Origin: Macrostomum lignano
Taxonomy: Eukaryota
Direction of reading: 5' to 3'
NCBI GenBank assembly: GCA_002269645.1
Contig: NIVC01000342.1
Location: 62,001 to 126,000 of the forward strand
Length of the DNA: 64,000 bases
Shown here: in pieces, positions 31,176 to 40,354 of the stretch
Position numbering within the stretch: position 1 is the stretch's first letter
Layout: every line of letters begins with the position of its first letter
The notes under the pieces: model-generated
The model's database searches: none
What the model was told of the DNA's origin: nothing
What the model saw: only the letters and a program-made list of their open reading frames with translations
Position numbers and translations under genes: made by a program

Positions 31176-31959
31176 GCAGCAGGGAGCACGACGTTTGCCC
31201 GCCGGAATTTTGCCCGCCGACGTTTGCCCGCCGGAAGTTTTCCCGCCGACGTTTGCCCGACGACGTTTGCCCGCCGACGCTTGCCTGTCGACGGTTGCCC
31301 GCCGACGTTTGCCTGTCGACGTTTGCCCGCCGACGTTTATTTTATTTTTTTAGAGGCAGGGGGGTTGTGTGCACCCTGGCGCATTTTTAGCGACATAGGC
31401 ACACAACCGGCGAGAGGCATTGCTGCCCATTTCGCCGACTCCCCTGAGCAGGCATACAAGCGCGCGGATACGTACGTAGGCACACACTCACACAGGAGTG
31501 TACAGTGGCCCTAACTTTATATTATCGTCAGGCATGTACACTTCACTGCGCCTTGGGGGGTTGGCTCTCAAGGCCGTTAATTGCACGAGCAGAGCTAAGC
31601 CGAGATTCCAATTCAGCCCCAAATTAATGTGACTGCGCTTGGAATCGAGCCTGGGTCGCTGGCACACCAGAGCAGCTGCGCTACCGCTGGTCTACGGCCC
31701 CCCAATGCCCACGGACGTTTGCCTGCCGACGTTTGCCCGCCGCAGTTTGCCCGCCGACGTTTGCCCGCCGGAATTTTGCCCGCCGACGTTTGCCCGCCGA
31801 AGTTTGTCCGCCGACGTTTGCCCGCCGAAGTTTGCCCGCCGACGTTTGCCCGCCGACGTTTGCCCGCCGAAGTTTGCCCGCTGATGTCTGCCCGCTGAAT
31901 GTTGCCCGCCGGAACGGCGGGCAAAGTTCCGGCAGGCAAATTTCGTAGCTCGCTGCTGC
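31176..31959. mobile_element. MITE-like element with imperfect TIRs and internal 14-bp (GACGTTTGCCCGCC)n arrays
   Basis: GCAGCAGGGAGCACG (31176-31190) versus CGTAGCTCGCTGCTGC (31944-31959); arrays at 31189-31336 and 31714-31910; perfect hairpin TTGCCCGCCG-GAA-CGGCGGGCAA at ~31901-31923. Confidence 0.5.
31340..31702 (-). mobile_element. tRNA-derived SINE nested in the 14-bp array element
   Basis: Minus-strand head GGGGCCGTAGACCAGCGGTAGCG...CCCAGGCTCGATTCC (A-box-like and B-box-like), A-rich tail at ~31337-31352, and a body homologous to 59714-59925, 38535-38650, 28440-28565 and 5535-5590. Confidence 0.7.
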
Positions 31960-32061
31960 ATGGCTACTGCCAGTGGCGCATTTCATTTGAGGGGCAAAAA
32001 TTCATTTCAAGAGTTGCCATTTCATGTGGGGGCTTGGTACAGAAAGGGAGATAGGGTGTGG

Positions 32062-32730
32062 TGTCACTGATAATGATTAAATGCCCCTGATAAGGATGCG
32101 GTGTCACTGATAAGGATGCGGTGTCACTGATAAGGATGCGGTGTCACTGATAAGGATGCGGTGTCACTGATAAGGATGCGGTGTCACTGATAAGGATGCG
32201 GTGTCACTGATAAGGATGCGGTGTCACTGATAAGGATGCGGTGTCACTGATAAGGATGCGGTGTCACTGATAAGGATGCGGTGTCACTGATAAGGATGCA
32301 GTGTCACTGATAAGGATGCAGTGTCACTGATAAGGATGCAGTGTCACTGATAAGGATGCAGTGTCACTGATAATCATTAAATGCCCCTGATAAGGATGCA
32401 GTGTCACTGATAAGGATGCAGTGTCACTGATAAGGATGCGGTGTCACTGATAAGGATGCAGTGTCACTGATAAGGATGCGGTGTCACTGATAAGGATGCA
32501 GTGTCACTGATAAGGATGCGGTGTCACTGATAAGGATGCAGTGTCACTGATAAGGATGTAGTGTCACTGATAAGGATGCGGTGTCACTGATAAGGATGCA
32601 GTGTCACTGATAAGGATGCGGTGTCACTGATAAGGATGCGGTGTCACTGATAAGGATGCAGTGTCACTGATAAGGATGCAGTGTCACTGATAAGGATGCG
32701 GTGTCACTGATAAGGATGCGGTGTCACTGA
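32062..32730. repeat. 20-bp minisatellite (GTGTCACTGATAAGGATGCR)n
   Basis: Directly visible. Confidence 0.97.
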
Positions 32731-33117
32731 TTAACGTGTAGCGTTAGGTTACCGCTACAAGCTTACGAGTGTATGTGGCACTTCGAAGATAGCTAGCAAA
32801 AGCGGGAGGTTTTTTGTATATTTTGTCATTGCGTTGGGGGCTATTTAGCGCTGGGGCGAACGAATAGTACAGAAGTGTCTATGGGTGAACTAAAGCGATT
32901 GGAATATAGAATAAGAAATAATTAGAATAAATGATGAATGCTTTGGTGCTGCTACAAGATACTCCCCCTTCCCCATAACGGAGTACTTCTAGGATTAAAA
33001 CAACGAATTAACAGGAGGGAAATTTGGGGTAACAGATTCATGGCGCTACTTCTCTAGAATCAAATTGTCAAGTGTAATCAAGGAGTGTAGAATCAAGTCA
33101 AGTCAAGAAGTGTAGAA

Positions 33118-36100
33118 TCAAGGTGTAAAGTATTTTATCGACGGCTGAGAGGCAAATCGAACATGGCGAGAACTTCTTGAACGAGTATTGGCGGCTGGTG
33201 AATCATTAGGCGGAGCAGTAGGCTCTGGAAGGGTCTCCGGTGGCGGCGGCGGTAGCGTAGCTGGTTTAAGTCGGTCGATTGACACTGTGGTGGGCCGGCC
33301 GTTGATCTCTAGCGTCATTGTTGTTTCATGTCTGCTAAGAACAGCGAACGGGCCTTGATAAGGTGCTTCAAGCGGACGCCTCACGCGATCTAACCGTAGC
33401 CACACGTGTGTGCAGGAGTCCAGCGCGGTCGGCATATGGGTGGGGACCGGACGAGTTCGCGGTAGGCGGTAGGGGAAAAACATTTGGTGGAGCTTGGTCG
33501 ATAGCTCTGTCAGAGTCGAAGTGTCGGCCACTACTTGCGGAACCATGGGTTGCTCTCCAGTAACAAGTGAGAAAGGTGATGATCCGGTTTCGTCCGCAAA
33601 GATACGCATTCCAAGAAGAACGAGAGGCAGTTGGCTCAACCAGTATTTTCCGCGTGCTTTTAGGCCCGTCTTCAACGTTCTATGAGCGCGTTCGACGATG
33701 CCGTTGGCTCGCGGATTGTATGAAGAAGTTCGGATATGGTGAACCCCCAGGTGCTGCGTCAGGTTTTGCATGAGCTCGGCTCGGAACTGCGTCCCTTGGT
33801 CGCTAATCAATGTAAGCGGTGGTCCGAAGCGGGCAATCCAGGATGCTAGGAAAGTCCGCGCGACGGTCTCAGCCGTGGTGTCCATGACGGGAGTAGCCTC
33901 GATCCAGCGTGTGTATGAATCCACCATGGTCAGCAGGTATCGGGGTTTTGGTCCAACCGCGTCGGATTCGGGCGGCGTCAATGGTCCGACTAGGTCGATG
34001 TGCACCGTCGTGAATCGTTGCGATGGTACTGGTAACTGGTGGAGCGGCCGGTGAATATGCTTGCTAACTTTGCATTGCTGGCAGCGCTCACATTCAGTGA
34101 CCCACTTCTTGATGTCGGCGAACATATTAGGCCAGAAAAAACGGTATCCGACAAGCCTCTGTGTCGCTTTTACTCCCGGGTGCGCCAAAGTGTGTAGCGA
34201 ATCAAACACTTTTCGGCGAAGCGGTCCTGGTACTTCAGGGCGTGGGTTGGCTTGTGAAGTCTCGCAGCGAAGCGGGCACTCTGGGATTCCGATGTCAAAG
34301 TGCTTGAACTGGCCGGCCGGAGTGTCTTCAGGCGTTAGATCTTTCTGAGCTCTTGCAATAGCCGGAAGGTCCACGGCTGTTGGGACATCTTCTAAGAGTC
34401 GCACGTTGTTGGTCTGGGTAACTGAGGATGGTTCTGGACGAGACAGTGCGTCGGCTACTACGTTGTCTTTACCGGCGATGTATACAATGTCGAGAACGTA
34501 CTCAGTTATCGCTGAAAGTTGGCGCTGTTGGCGGTCAGAGAAACGCTGTTTCCGATTCTTGAAAGCTCCCACGATTGGCTTGTGGTCACAGAACACCGTG
34601 ACAGGGCGACCTTGGACCATGTGCTTCCAGGTTTTGACGGCGGCGAAAATAGCCAGTAGTTCTCTGTCGAACGTGCTGTAGGCTCTCTCGGTATCCGACA
34701 GTTTGCGCGAGTAAAAAGCTAGGGGTGCAGACTTGTCGTCTACCACTTGATGTAGGGCTGCGCCTAAGGCCGTTGAGCTTGCGTCCGTAGTGATAGTGAG
34801 CGTTGCGCTAGGTTCGGGGAACGCTAAAGTTACGGCCTCAGCCAGGCTGTTTTGAAGCAGTTTCCAAGCTTCGTCATGCTGGTTCGTCCAGACGAACTGA
34901 CTCGAACTGACGAGTTGGCGAAGAGGCTGTACTACTTGGGCGTATGCGGGGATGCAACGTTGGTAGAAACCAAACATTCCCAGATAGCGCTGGAGCGTCT
35001 TTTGATCGGTCGGGGCCTGCAGTTTGCGAAGGGCCTCCACTCGAGTGGGAAGTGGCTTGATTCCCTCGGCTGATACGAGGTATCCCAGAAATTCCACTGA
35101 GTCTCGGAAGAACTGACACTTTGCTGCGTTAACCCTCAGACCTTTGTCCGTTAGACGCTGAAGGATGGCTTGCAGATGTTGCTCGTGTTCTTGTCGAGAA
35201 GTGCTGTGCACTAGGATGTCGTCGATGTATGAAACGACAAAGGGGAAATCTCGAAAGATTGCGTCGACGAACCTCTGGAACGTGCTAGCTGCGTTGCGCA
35301 GTCCGAAGGGCATTCGAAGGTATTCGAAAGATCCAAAAGGGGTGCAGATTGCGGTCTTTTCTATCGCGTCTTCAGCCATGGGGACGAAGTGATAGGCCTT
35401 GACGAGGTCAAGGGTGCTGAATACTTTCGACCCATGCAGCTGATTGTGGAAGTGGTTAATGTTCGGTATGGGGTACCGATCGGGCTTGGTCACGGCGTTC
35501 AAAGCTCGATAGTCACCACAAGGGCGCCAAGACCCGTCTTTTTTTCTCACCATATGAAGGGGCGATGCCCACGGGCTGGAAGATGGTCGGACGATTCCGA
35601 GTCGAAGCAGCTTGTCAAACTCTTCCTTTGCAACAGTGAACTTTTCCGGTGACAGTGGTCGTGGTCGGCAGAATATCGGCTCGCCTTCCGTTTCGATCGG
35701 ATGTCGGACGCCTGTTGCGGATGGGGTCGTGTAGTCGGGCGCCTCTAGTACGCGTGGAAACTGGGTGAGCGGGTTTGATGGTTCCATTTCCGTTGTCACG
35801 TTGATTTGTGGAACTGGATCGGAAGAGCAGTTCAGGGCTGTGGATAATTCCGTTACTGGGTCTGTGATGCGTCTCGACTTAAGGTCGATGATCAAACCGA
35901 ACTTTACGAAGAAATCCGCTCCGAGAATCGGTGCCGTATTAGTGACGATGAATGTTGCTGGGTATGGTCGCCGGAGCCCCGGAATAGAGAGAGTCAGGCA
36001 GCATTGTCCAAAGGTACGGATCTCGTGTCCACCAATGCTGCGCAACTTCACGGGTGTCGGAGTAAGCAGATTTTGAGGGACGTACTGTAGAGGCAGGAGT

Positions 36101-36207
36101 GACCGTTCGGCTCCAGTGTCAACAATAAATGAAACCATGGTGCGAAGAACGTTGCAACGGAGTAACAAAGTGGTGGCCTTGCTCTGGTCACGGGTCGGCC
36201 AGGGCAC
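33118..36207 (-). CDS. pol: Gypsy Pol polyprotein (protease, RT, RNase H, integrase)
   Basis: VDTGA protease; WRPCGDYRALN, MPFGLRNA and YIDD in RT; TDAS...DH...ADALSR in RNase H; HTLAH...CERC zinc finger; D,D(35)E core; GPF module. Uninterrupted 1029 aa. Confidence 0.97.
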   Translation of the reverse strand: MPWPTRDQSKATTLLLRCNVLRTMVSFIVDTGAERSLLPLQYVPQNLLTPTPVKLRSIGGHEIRTFGQCCLTLSIPGLRRPYPATFIVTNTAPILGADFFVKFGLIIDLKSRRITDPVTELSTALNCSSDPVPQINVTTEMEPSNPLTQFPRVLEAPDYTTPSATGVRHPIETEGEPIFCRPRPLSPEKFTVAKEEFDKLLRLGIVRPSSSPWASPLHMVRKKDGSWRPCGDYRALNAVTKPDRYPIPNINHFHNQLHGSKVFSTLDLVKAYHFVPMAEDAIEKTAICTPFGSFEYLRMPFGLRNAASTFQRFVDAIFRDFPFVVSYIDDILVHSTSRQEHEQHLQAILQRLTDKGLRVNAAKCQFFRDSVEFLGYLVSAEGIKPLPTRVEALRKLQAPTDQKTLQRYLGMFGFYQRCIPAYAQVVQPLRQLVSSSQFVWTNQHDEAWKLLQNSLAEAVTLAFPEPSATLTITTDASSTALGAALHQVVDDKSAPLAFYSRKLSDTERAYSTFDRELLAIFAAVKTWKHMVQGRPVTVFCDHKPIVGAFKNRKQRFSDRQQRQLSAITEYVLDIVYIAGKDNVVADALSRPEPSSVTQTNNVRLLEDVPTAVDLPAIARAQKDLTPEDTPAGQFKHFDIGIPECPLRCETSQANPRPEVPGPLRRKVFDSLHTLAHPGVKATQRLVGYRFFWPNMFADIKKWVTECERCQQCKVSKHIHRPLHQLPVPSQRFTTVHIDLVGPLTPPESDAVGPKPRYLLTMVDSYTRWIEATPVMDTTAETVARTFLASWIARFGPPLTLISDQGTQFRAELMQNLTQHLGVHHIRTSSYNPRANGIVERAHRTLKTGLKARGKYWLSQLPLVLLGMRIFADETGSSPFSLVTGEQPMVPQVVADTSTLTELSTKLHQMFFPYRLPRTRPVPTHMPTALDSCTHVWLRLDRVRRPLEAPYQGPFAVLSRHETTMTLEINGRPTTVSIDRLKPATLPPPPPETLPEPTAPPNDSPAANTRSRSSRHVRFASQPSIKYFTP

Positions 36208-36215
36208 GTGACCGA

Positions 36216-37064
36216 CTAGTTTGAAGCACTTTCTAGAGTTGGGCTGTTTGCACGCGAGTTATCTGGTGTGGTCTGGCGGCTGCTGAGCATCGTTGTGGGT
36301 TTGGGACCGGGCCATTTGCACCAAGGTCAGCACGTACGGGCTTGTGAAGCGTAGAATAGATGGCCATTACAGATCTTAGGTCTCTTACGATAGGATCGCT
36401 GTTGCCGGTGATCTCCTTCGTACGCCTGCCTAGGCTTGAACGCGCCGTGCGGTCTCGAATCCCTGGCTTCGGACGTGCGCTGAATGGGTAAAAACGGAGT
36501 TCGGCTGCCCGCGACGGCTAACATGCTGTCGGCGATTTTGGCGAAGTCTTCTAGCGGAGAGTTTTCATGACCGACCAACGCTGAACGGATGTGCGTTGGG
36601 AGCGCCGTGAGCAGGCGTGACTTGATGATAGACTCGTCGGCTGCTGAACCCACTTCGATGAAGCGGCGCTTAATGTCAGTTACCAATTGCGAAGGGCGTT
36701 TGTCGCCGAGTTCTACTGCTGCAAGGGCTTCCTCGATACGCTGGTGGCGGTTGGCGCGCAGTGAGTCTAGAACAGCTGTTTTGAGTCGGTTGTATTCGAC
36801 GATGTCTATGTCGATGTAGCAGGCAACATCCTCCGGGAGAGCGGCCAGTGCGTGGTGGAATTTGGTGCTGGCGGAGCTGATTCCAGCCAGGGTAAATTGT
36901 GATTCGAGTTGGCGGAACCAAATCTCGGGTGCTTGACGGTAGAACGGCGGTGGTCTAATTGTGGCGCGTTGTAACGACGCTACCGGTTCCGTTATGGCGT
37001 TCTCCGAAGAAGCTGCCGCAGGTGGAGTGTCTGATGGAGGTTGTTGACGTTGGGTGTCTTCCAT
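36216..37064 (-). CDS. gag: Gypsy Gag with an in-frame TGA at 36327-36329; the natural end is probably the TAG at 36216-36218
   Basis: PPFYRQAPEIWFRQLESQF, LGDKRPSQL and C-x2-H-x9-C-x3-C box. The frame stays open for 36 codons after the TGA, to ...ESASN*. Confidence 0.9.
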
Positions 37065-37705
37065 TTGTCGTAGTCGTCGAGTGTTGGGATTGCACGCTCT
37101 GCTACCAATTTGTAGCGTTAGGTTACCGCTACAAGCTTACGAGTGTATGTGGCACTTCGAAGATAGCTAGCAAAAGCGGGAGGTTTTTTGTATATTTTGT
37201 CATTGCGTTGGGGGCTATTTAGCGCTGGGGCGAACGAATAGTACAGAAGTGTCTATGGGTGAACTAAAGCGATTGGAATATAGAATAAGAAATAATTAGA
37301 ATAAATGATGAATGCTTTGGTGCTGCTACAAACGATTTCGGAAGGCCAGAATATCGTCATTTTTAAGACCAAATGTTTAGAAGAGGGTTTTTAAAATTTC
37401 TATTTCAGTCGAATCTCATTGGCCCACCGGCCGTGGATAAATACGACGGCAACGGGCGCGGGGCTGAGAGCGCAGACCCCACTGTTCCTTCTACTGCAAA
37501 CCTGTTGCTGAGGCAGAAAATTGAGTCAGTTGCTGCTCATCTATCAAATTTTAGGGAAGCTTTTTGCGCGTAAGTTTTCCATTTTGAAAAGAAGTCCTAC
37601 AGATAATAGGAAATAAAAAATCATAATTAATCACTTCCTGATAACTTTGCGCCTCTTCAGAAACCATCCGATCCGTTTGTCACTCGATCCACCTTTGTTC
37701 TCTTG

Positions 37706-39469
37706 ATGGCTGCACTGCTGAATGCCAAGTCCTGGGTGAGGCTGCTCGCCCTGCTGCTGGCCGCCTGCCACCTGTGCGAGCTCTGCTTTGTTGCCAACTG
37801 CCCACCTGGTGGCAAGAAGCGAAGCTTTCCCGGTGAGTGAATCTAGTATATGAAACTAGTGAGTGAAACTAGTGAGTAGAACTAGTGAGTGAAACTAGTG
37901 AGTAGAACTAGTGAGTGAAACTAGTGAATCTAGTGAGTGAAATTAGTGAGTGAGGGAAACTAGTGAGTGAATCTAGTAAATGAAACTAGTAAGTGAATCT
38001 AGTGAGTGAGTGAAACTAGTGAGTGAAACTAGTAAGAGCTAATTTGTACAAACTGTCAAGCTAAACAAAAGCGTTGAAGTTCTGGTGCTTTGCCTTTCTC
38101 GCCCTCCGTGATACAGAAGAGTGAAAATGAAATTAATTAGCCAGTGAATATCCCAGACAGCAGTCAAACATTCTCGCCCTCAATCCCAGTCTGCTTGAAT
38201 CCACATCAGGTGGAAATCACGGTTGCCTCATTCAAGCCTTAGCAGCCATTAATTTGATCGGGTTTCTTTCTCTCCGCAAGGGTTGAAAGTGTCGTGACCT
38301 CGTGTGGCAGGTGAAAATTTTTCCGATAGCTCGTGTAACTACAGAGCAATGATCAAACTTGATGACAAAAGATAGGCGCTGACGAATGCTTACAATTGCG
38401 CGGGCAGAGAAGTTCAGTGCTAGACGCGTCCGATTTTTGCGCCACGAGACCTGGTTCTGTGCTCAAACACATTCATTTGGGGCTCGTGTGCACGAAACTT
38501 GGCCTTGGGGATGTCGTGCGATCAACACTCATGAGGGCCAGCTTCCAGGGCACAAACAGTGTACATGCCTGACGATTAGAAAGTCAGGGCCGCTGTACAC
38601 CCTGTGTGAGCGTGCGTGCCTTCGTACAGTATTGACGCGTTCAGGAGTCAGCGGAATGGGCAGAATGTGGGAGGATGGGACGGTGAACCATGGCCCCCAA
38701 AGTAAACTCCGAAACAACATTGAAAAGTCGCGCCACCCTTTGCCCCAGTGAGCAGTGTCTTTCGACCAGCATCTTTCACCTGGCCAACCATTCTGATATT
38801 AATGCTTGAAAAACAATGAAAACCGGGTGGAAGCTTCAATCCATCCAATCTTCGTCCTTCGCTCTTCCCAATCCCTCGTCACTCAAAAGTCAATACCGAG
38901 CTAGAAGTTACTCCACACTCTCAAAGGTGGCGACTTTTTAATGCTGTGGAGTTTACTCATTGGTAGACAAACAAGTGTACACGCACGAATTTCACTCGCA
39001 CGACAGGCAAGCAGTTGAGCGCCTGCAAACCATCCTGCGGATCCGGCAAAGGCGTCTGCCTCGGTCGCAGCCTCTGCTGCGGCAACTTCGGCTGCATTGT
39101 GGGAAATGCGGCCAGGAAGGACTGCGCCGGAGCCGAGATGCGCGCCTTTCTCGGCCGGCTGACTTGTCGGCGCAGTCTGCCGCGGTGCGCTTCGGAGCGC
39201 GGCGGCCGCTGCTCCGCTCCTGGCGTCTGCTGCGACCTTGGTGCGTTTATAACCGGGGCTGAGTGCCGTGGTTTTGGTTTTGGTTTGGTTTTGTTCGTGT
39301 TTAGTCTTAATCCATTTCGCAAACTGTCATTGCACATTGCTCAGTAGTTTATACACAGCCCGAAGTCCTCTGAATAGTCTACGTTGGTTAAACAATTGCA
39401 GACTCGTGTCGCGCAGCCAAGGAGTGCAACGAATTCCGCTGGGGCAGGTCTACAGACGGTTCCGCTTGA
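37706..39469 (+). CDS. Oxytocin/vasopressin-family neuropeptide precursor (signal peptide, nonapeptide CFVANCPPG, GKKR, neurophysin), 142 aa
   Basis: Exons at 37706-37832, 39007-39240 and 39402-39469 (429 nt, both introns phase 1, GT-AG). Protein: MAALLNAKSWVRLLALLLAACHLCEL-CFVANCPPG-GKKR-SFPGKQLSACKPSCGSGKGVCLGRSLCCGNFGCIVGNAARKDCAGAEMRAFLGRLTCRRSLPRCASERGGRCSAPGVCCDLDSCRAAKECNEFRWGRSTDGSA*. The neurophysin has 14 Cys. AATAAA near 39532 and 39603. Confidence 0.93.
37845..38035. repeat. Degenerate (GAAACTAGTGAGT)-type short tandem repeat at the start of neuropeptide intron 1
   Basis: Directly visible. Confidence 0.85.
38535..38650 (+). mobile_element. Partial SINE copy in neuropeptide intron 1
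   Basis: CATGAGGGCCAGC...GTGTACATGCCTGACGATTAGA...CTGTACACCCTGTGTGAGCG matches the SINE body. Confidence 0.65.
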
Positions 39470-39737
39470 GCGATGATGAAGGCTGCCGTTCGAACTTTAA
39501 AGCTGCTGGAGGATTGTTTTTTACTGTCCTTAATAAAACCAATGGCTTAATTCGAACAAATAATAATTTGCCAATCATCAACTCGATCTGTCAGGCCTGA
39601 TAAATAAAACCAACTTGATGTCACCTCCATGACTGACTGGCCATTGCCAGCGATTCCAGCAGATTAAGGCTGTTGATATTCAGCTGTTTTGGGTTTCTTT
39701 ACAATGTTTGCTCATTGATATATCCATACTTACAGGG

Positions 39738-39739
39738 GC

Positions 39740-39803
<64 letters not shown>
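39738..39803. repeat. (CAGA)n microsatellite
   Basis: Directly visible. Confidence 0.97.
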
Positions 39804-39804
<1 letters not shown>

Positions 39805-40354
39805 GTTCATTAGAATTGGTTCAAAGCTGCAGAAATTTAATAATTTTCAGAAATTTTTCATTTCCGGACAGTGGAAAAGCATCAGTATTGTTTTATTTAA
39901 CGATTGTAATAAATTTTCTGGTGATAAAAGCGGACATGCTTAACATGCGTTTTGATTGCAGACTTTCCATATATGGTCTGATCTATGACTAATATTCTGG
40001 GGCTTTTGTATGCTGCTGCTGGTGACTGAGAATTACGACGGAAATGAAAAATCCTAGATTTTATTCAAAATTCTCACTGAATTCGAAAGCCAGAAAAACT
40101 TGTCGGCCAATTTGCTGAATGCAGTGATTGACAATAAATTGGTTTTATTTCTGCTGTGTCAGCAACAAAAATAATACGAGTATAGTTTCCCCGCACAGCG
40201 GATCATATCTGCGATGCTTTATAGTATGCCTCAGAAGGACCCTTTAGTGGGTGAGGTGATCTTATAAACAGGTAACTTTTTCCTGTTACTGCTCCAACGT
40301 TTATAGAGCGCTCTCAGCCTCGGACTATTTGAATGGCAACAAATATTTCATGAC

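Larger units (their letters stand above)
32737..37330 (-). mobile_element. Full-length Ty3/Gypsy LTR retrotransposon (CsRn1/Kabuki/Boudicca-like, CHCC Gag)
   Basis: 220-bp LTRs at 32737-32956 and 37111-37330 (TGTA...TACA), identical by eye. AACG TSD at 32733-32736 and 37331-37334. PBS TGGTAGCAGAGC at ~37096-37107 on the minus strand. Polypurine tract at ~32961-32974. Domain order PR-RT-RH-IN. Confidence 0.97.

Noticed and set aside
31600-31702. tRNA gene
   Set aside because: It has A/B-box-like motifs but no complete cloverleaf and continues into a dispersed repeat body, so it is a SINE head.
31133-31986. RRLPADVCPPTFA-repeat ORFs
   Set aside because: They are translations of the 14-bp array.
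33363-36921. Many plus-strand ORFs antisense to gag and pol (likewise within the LINEs)
   Set aside because: They are shadow ORFs of GC-rich coding sequence with no recognisable motifs.
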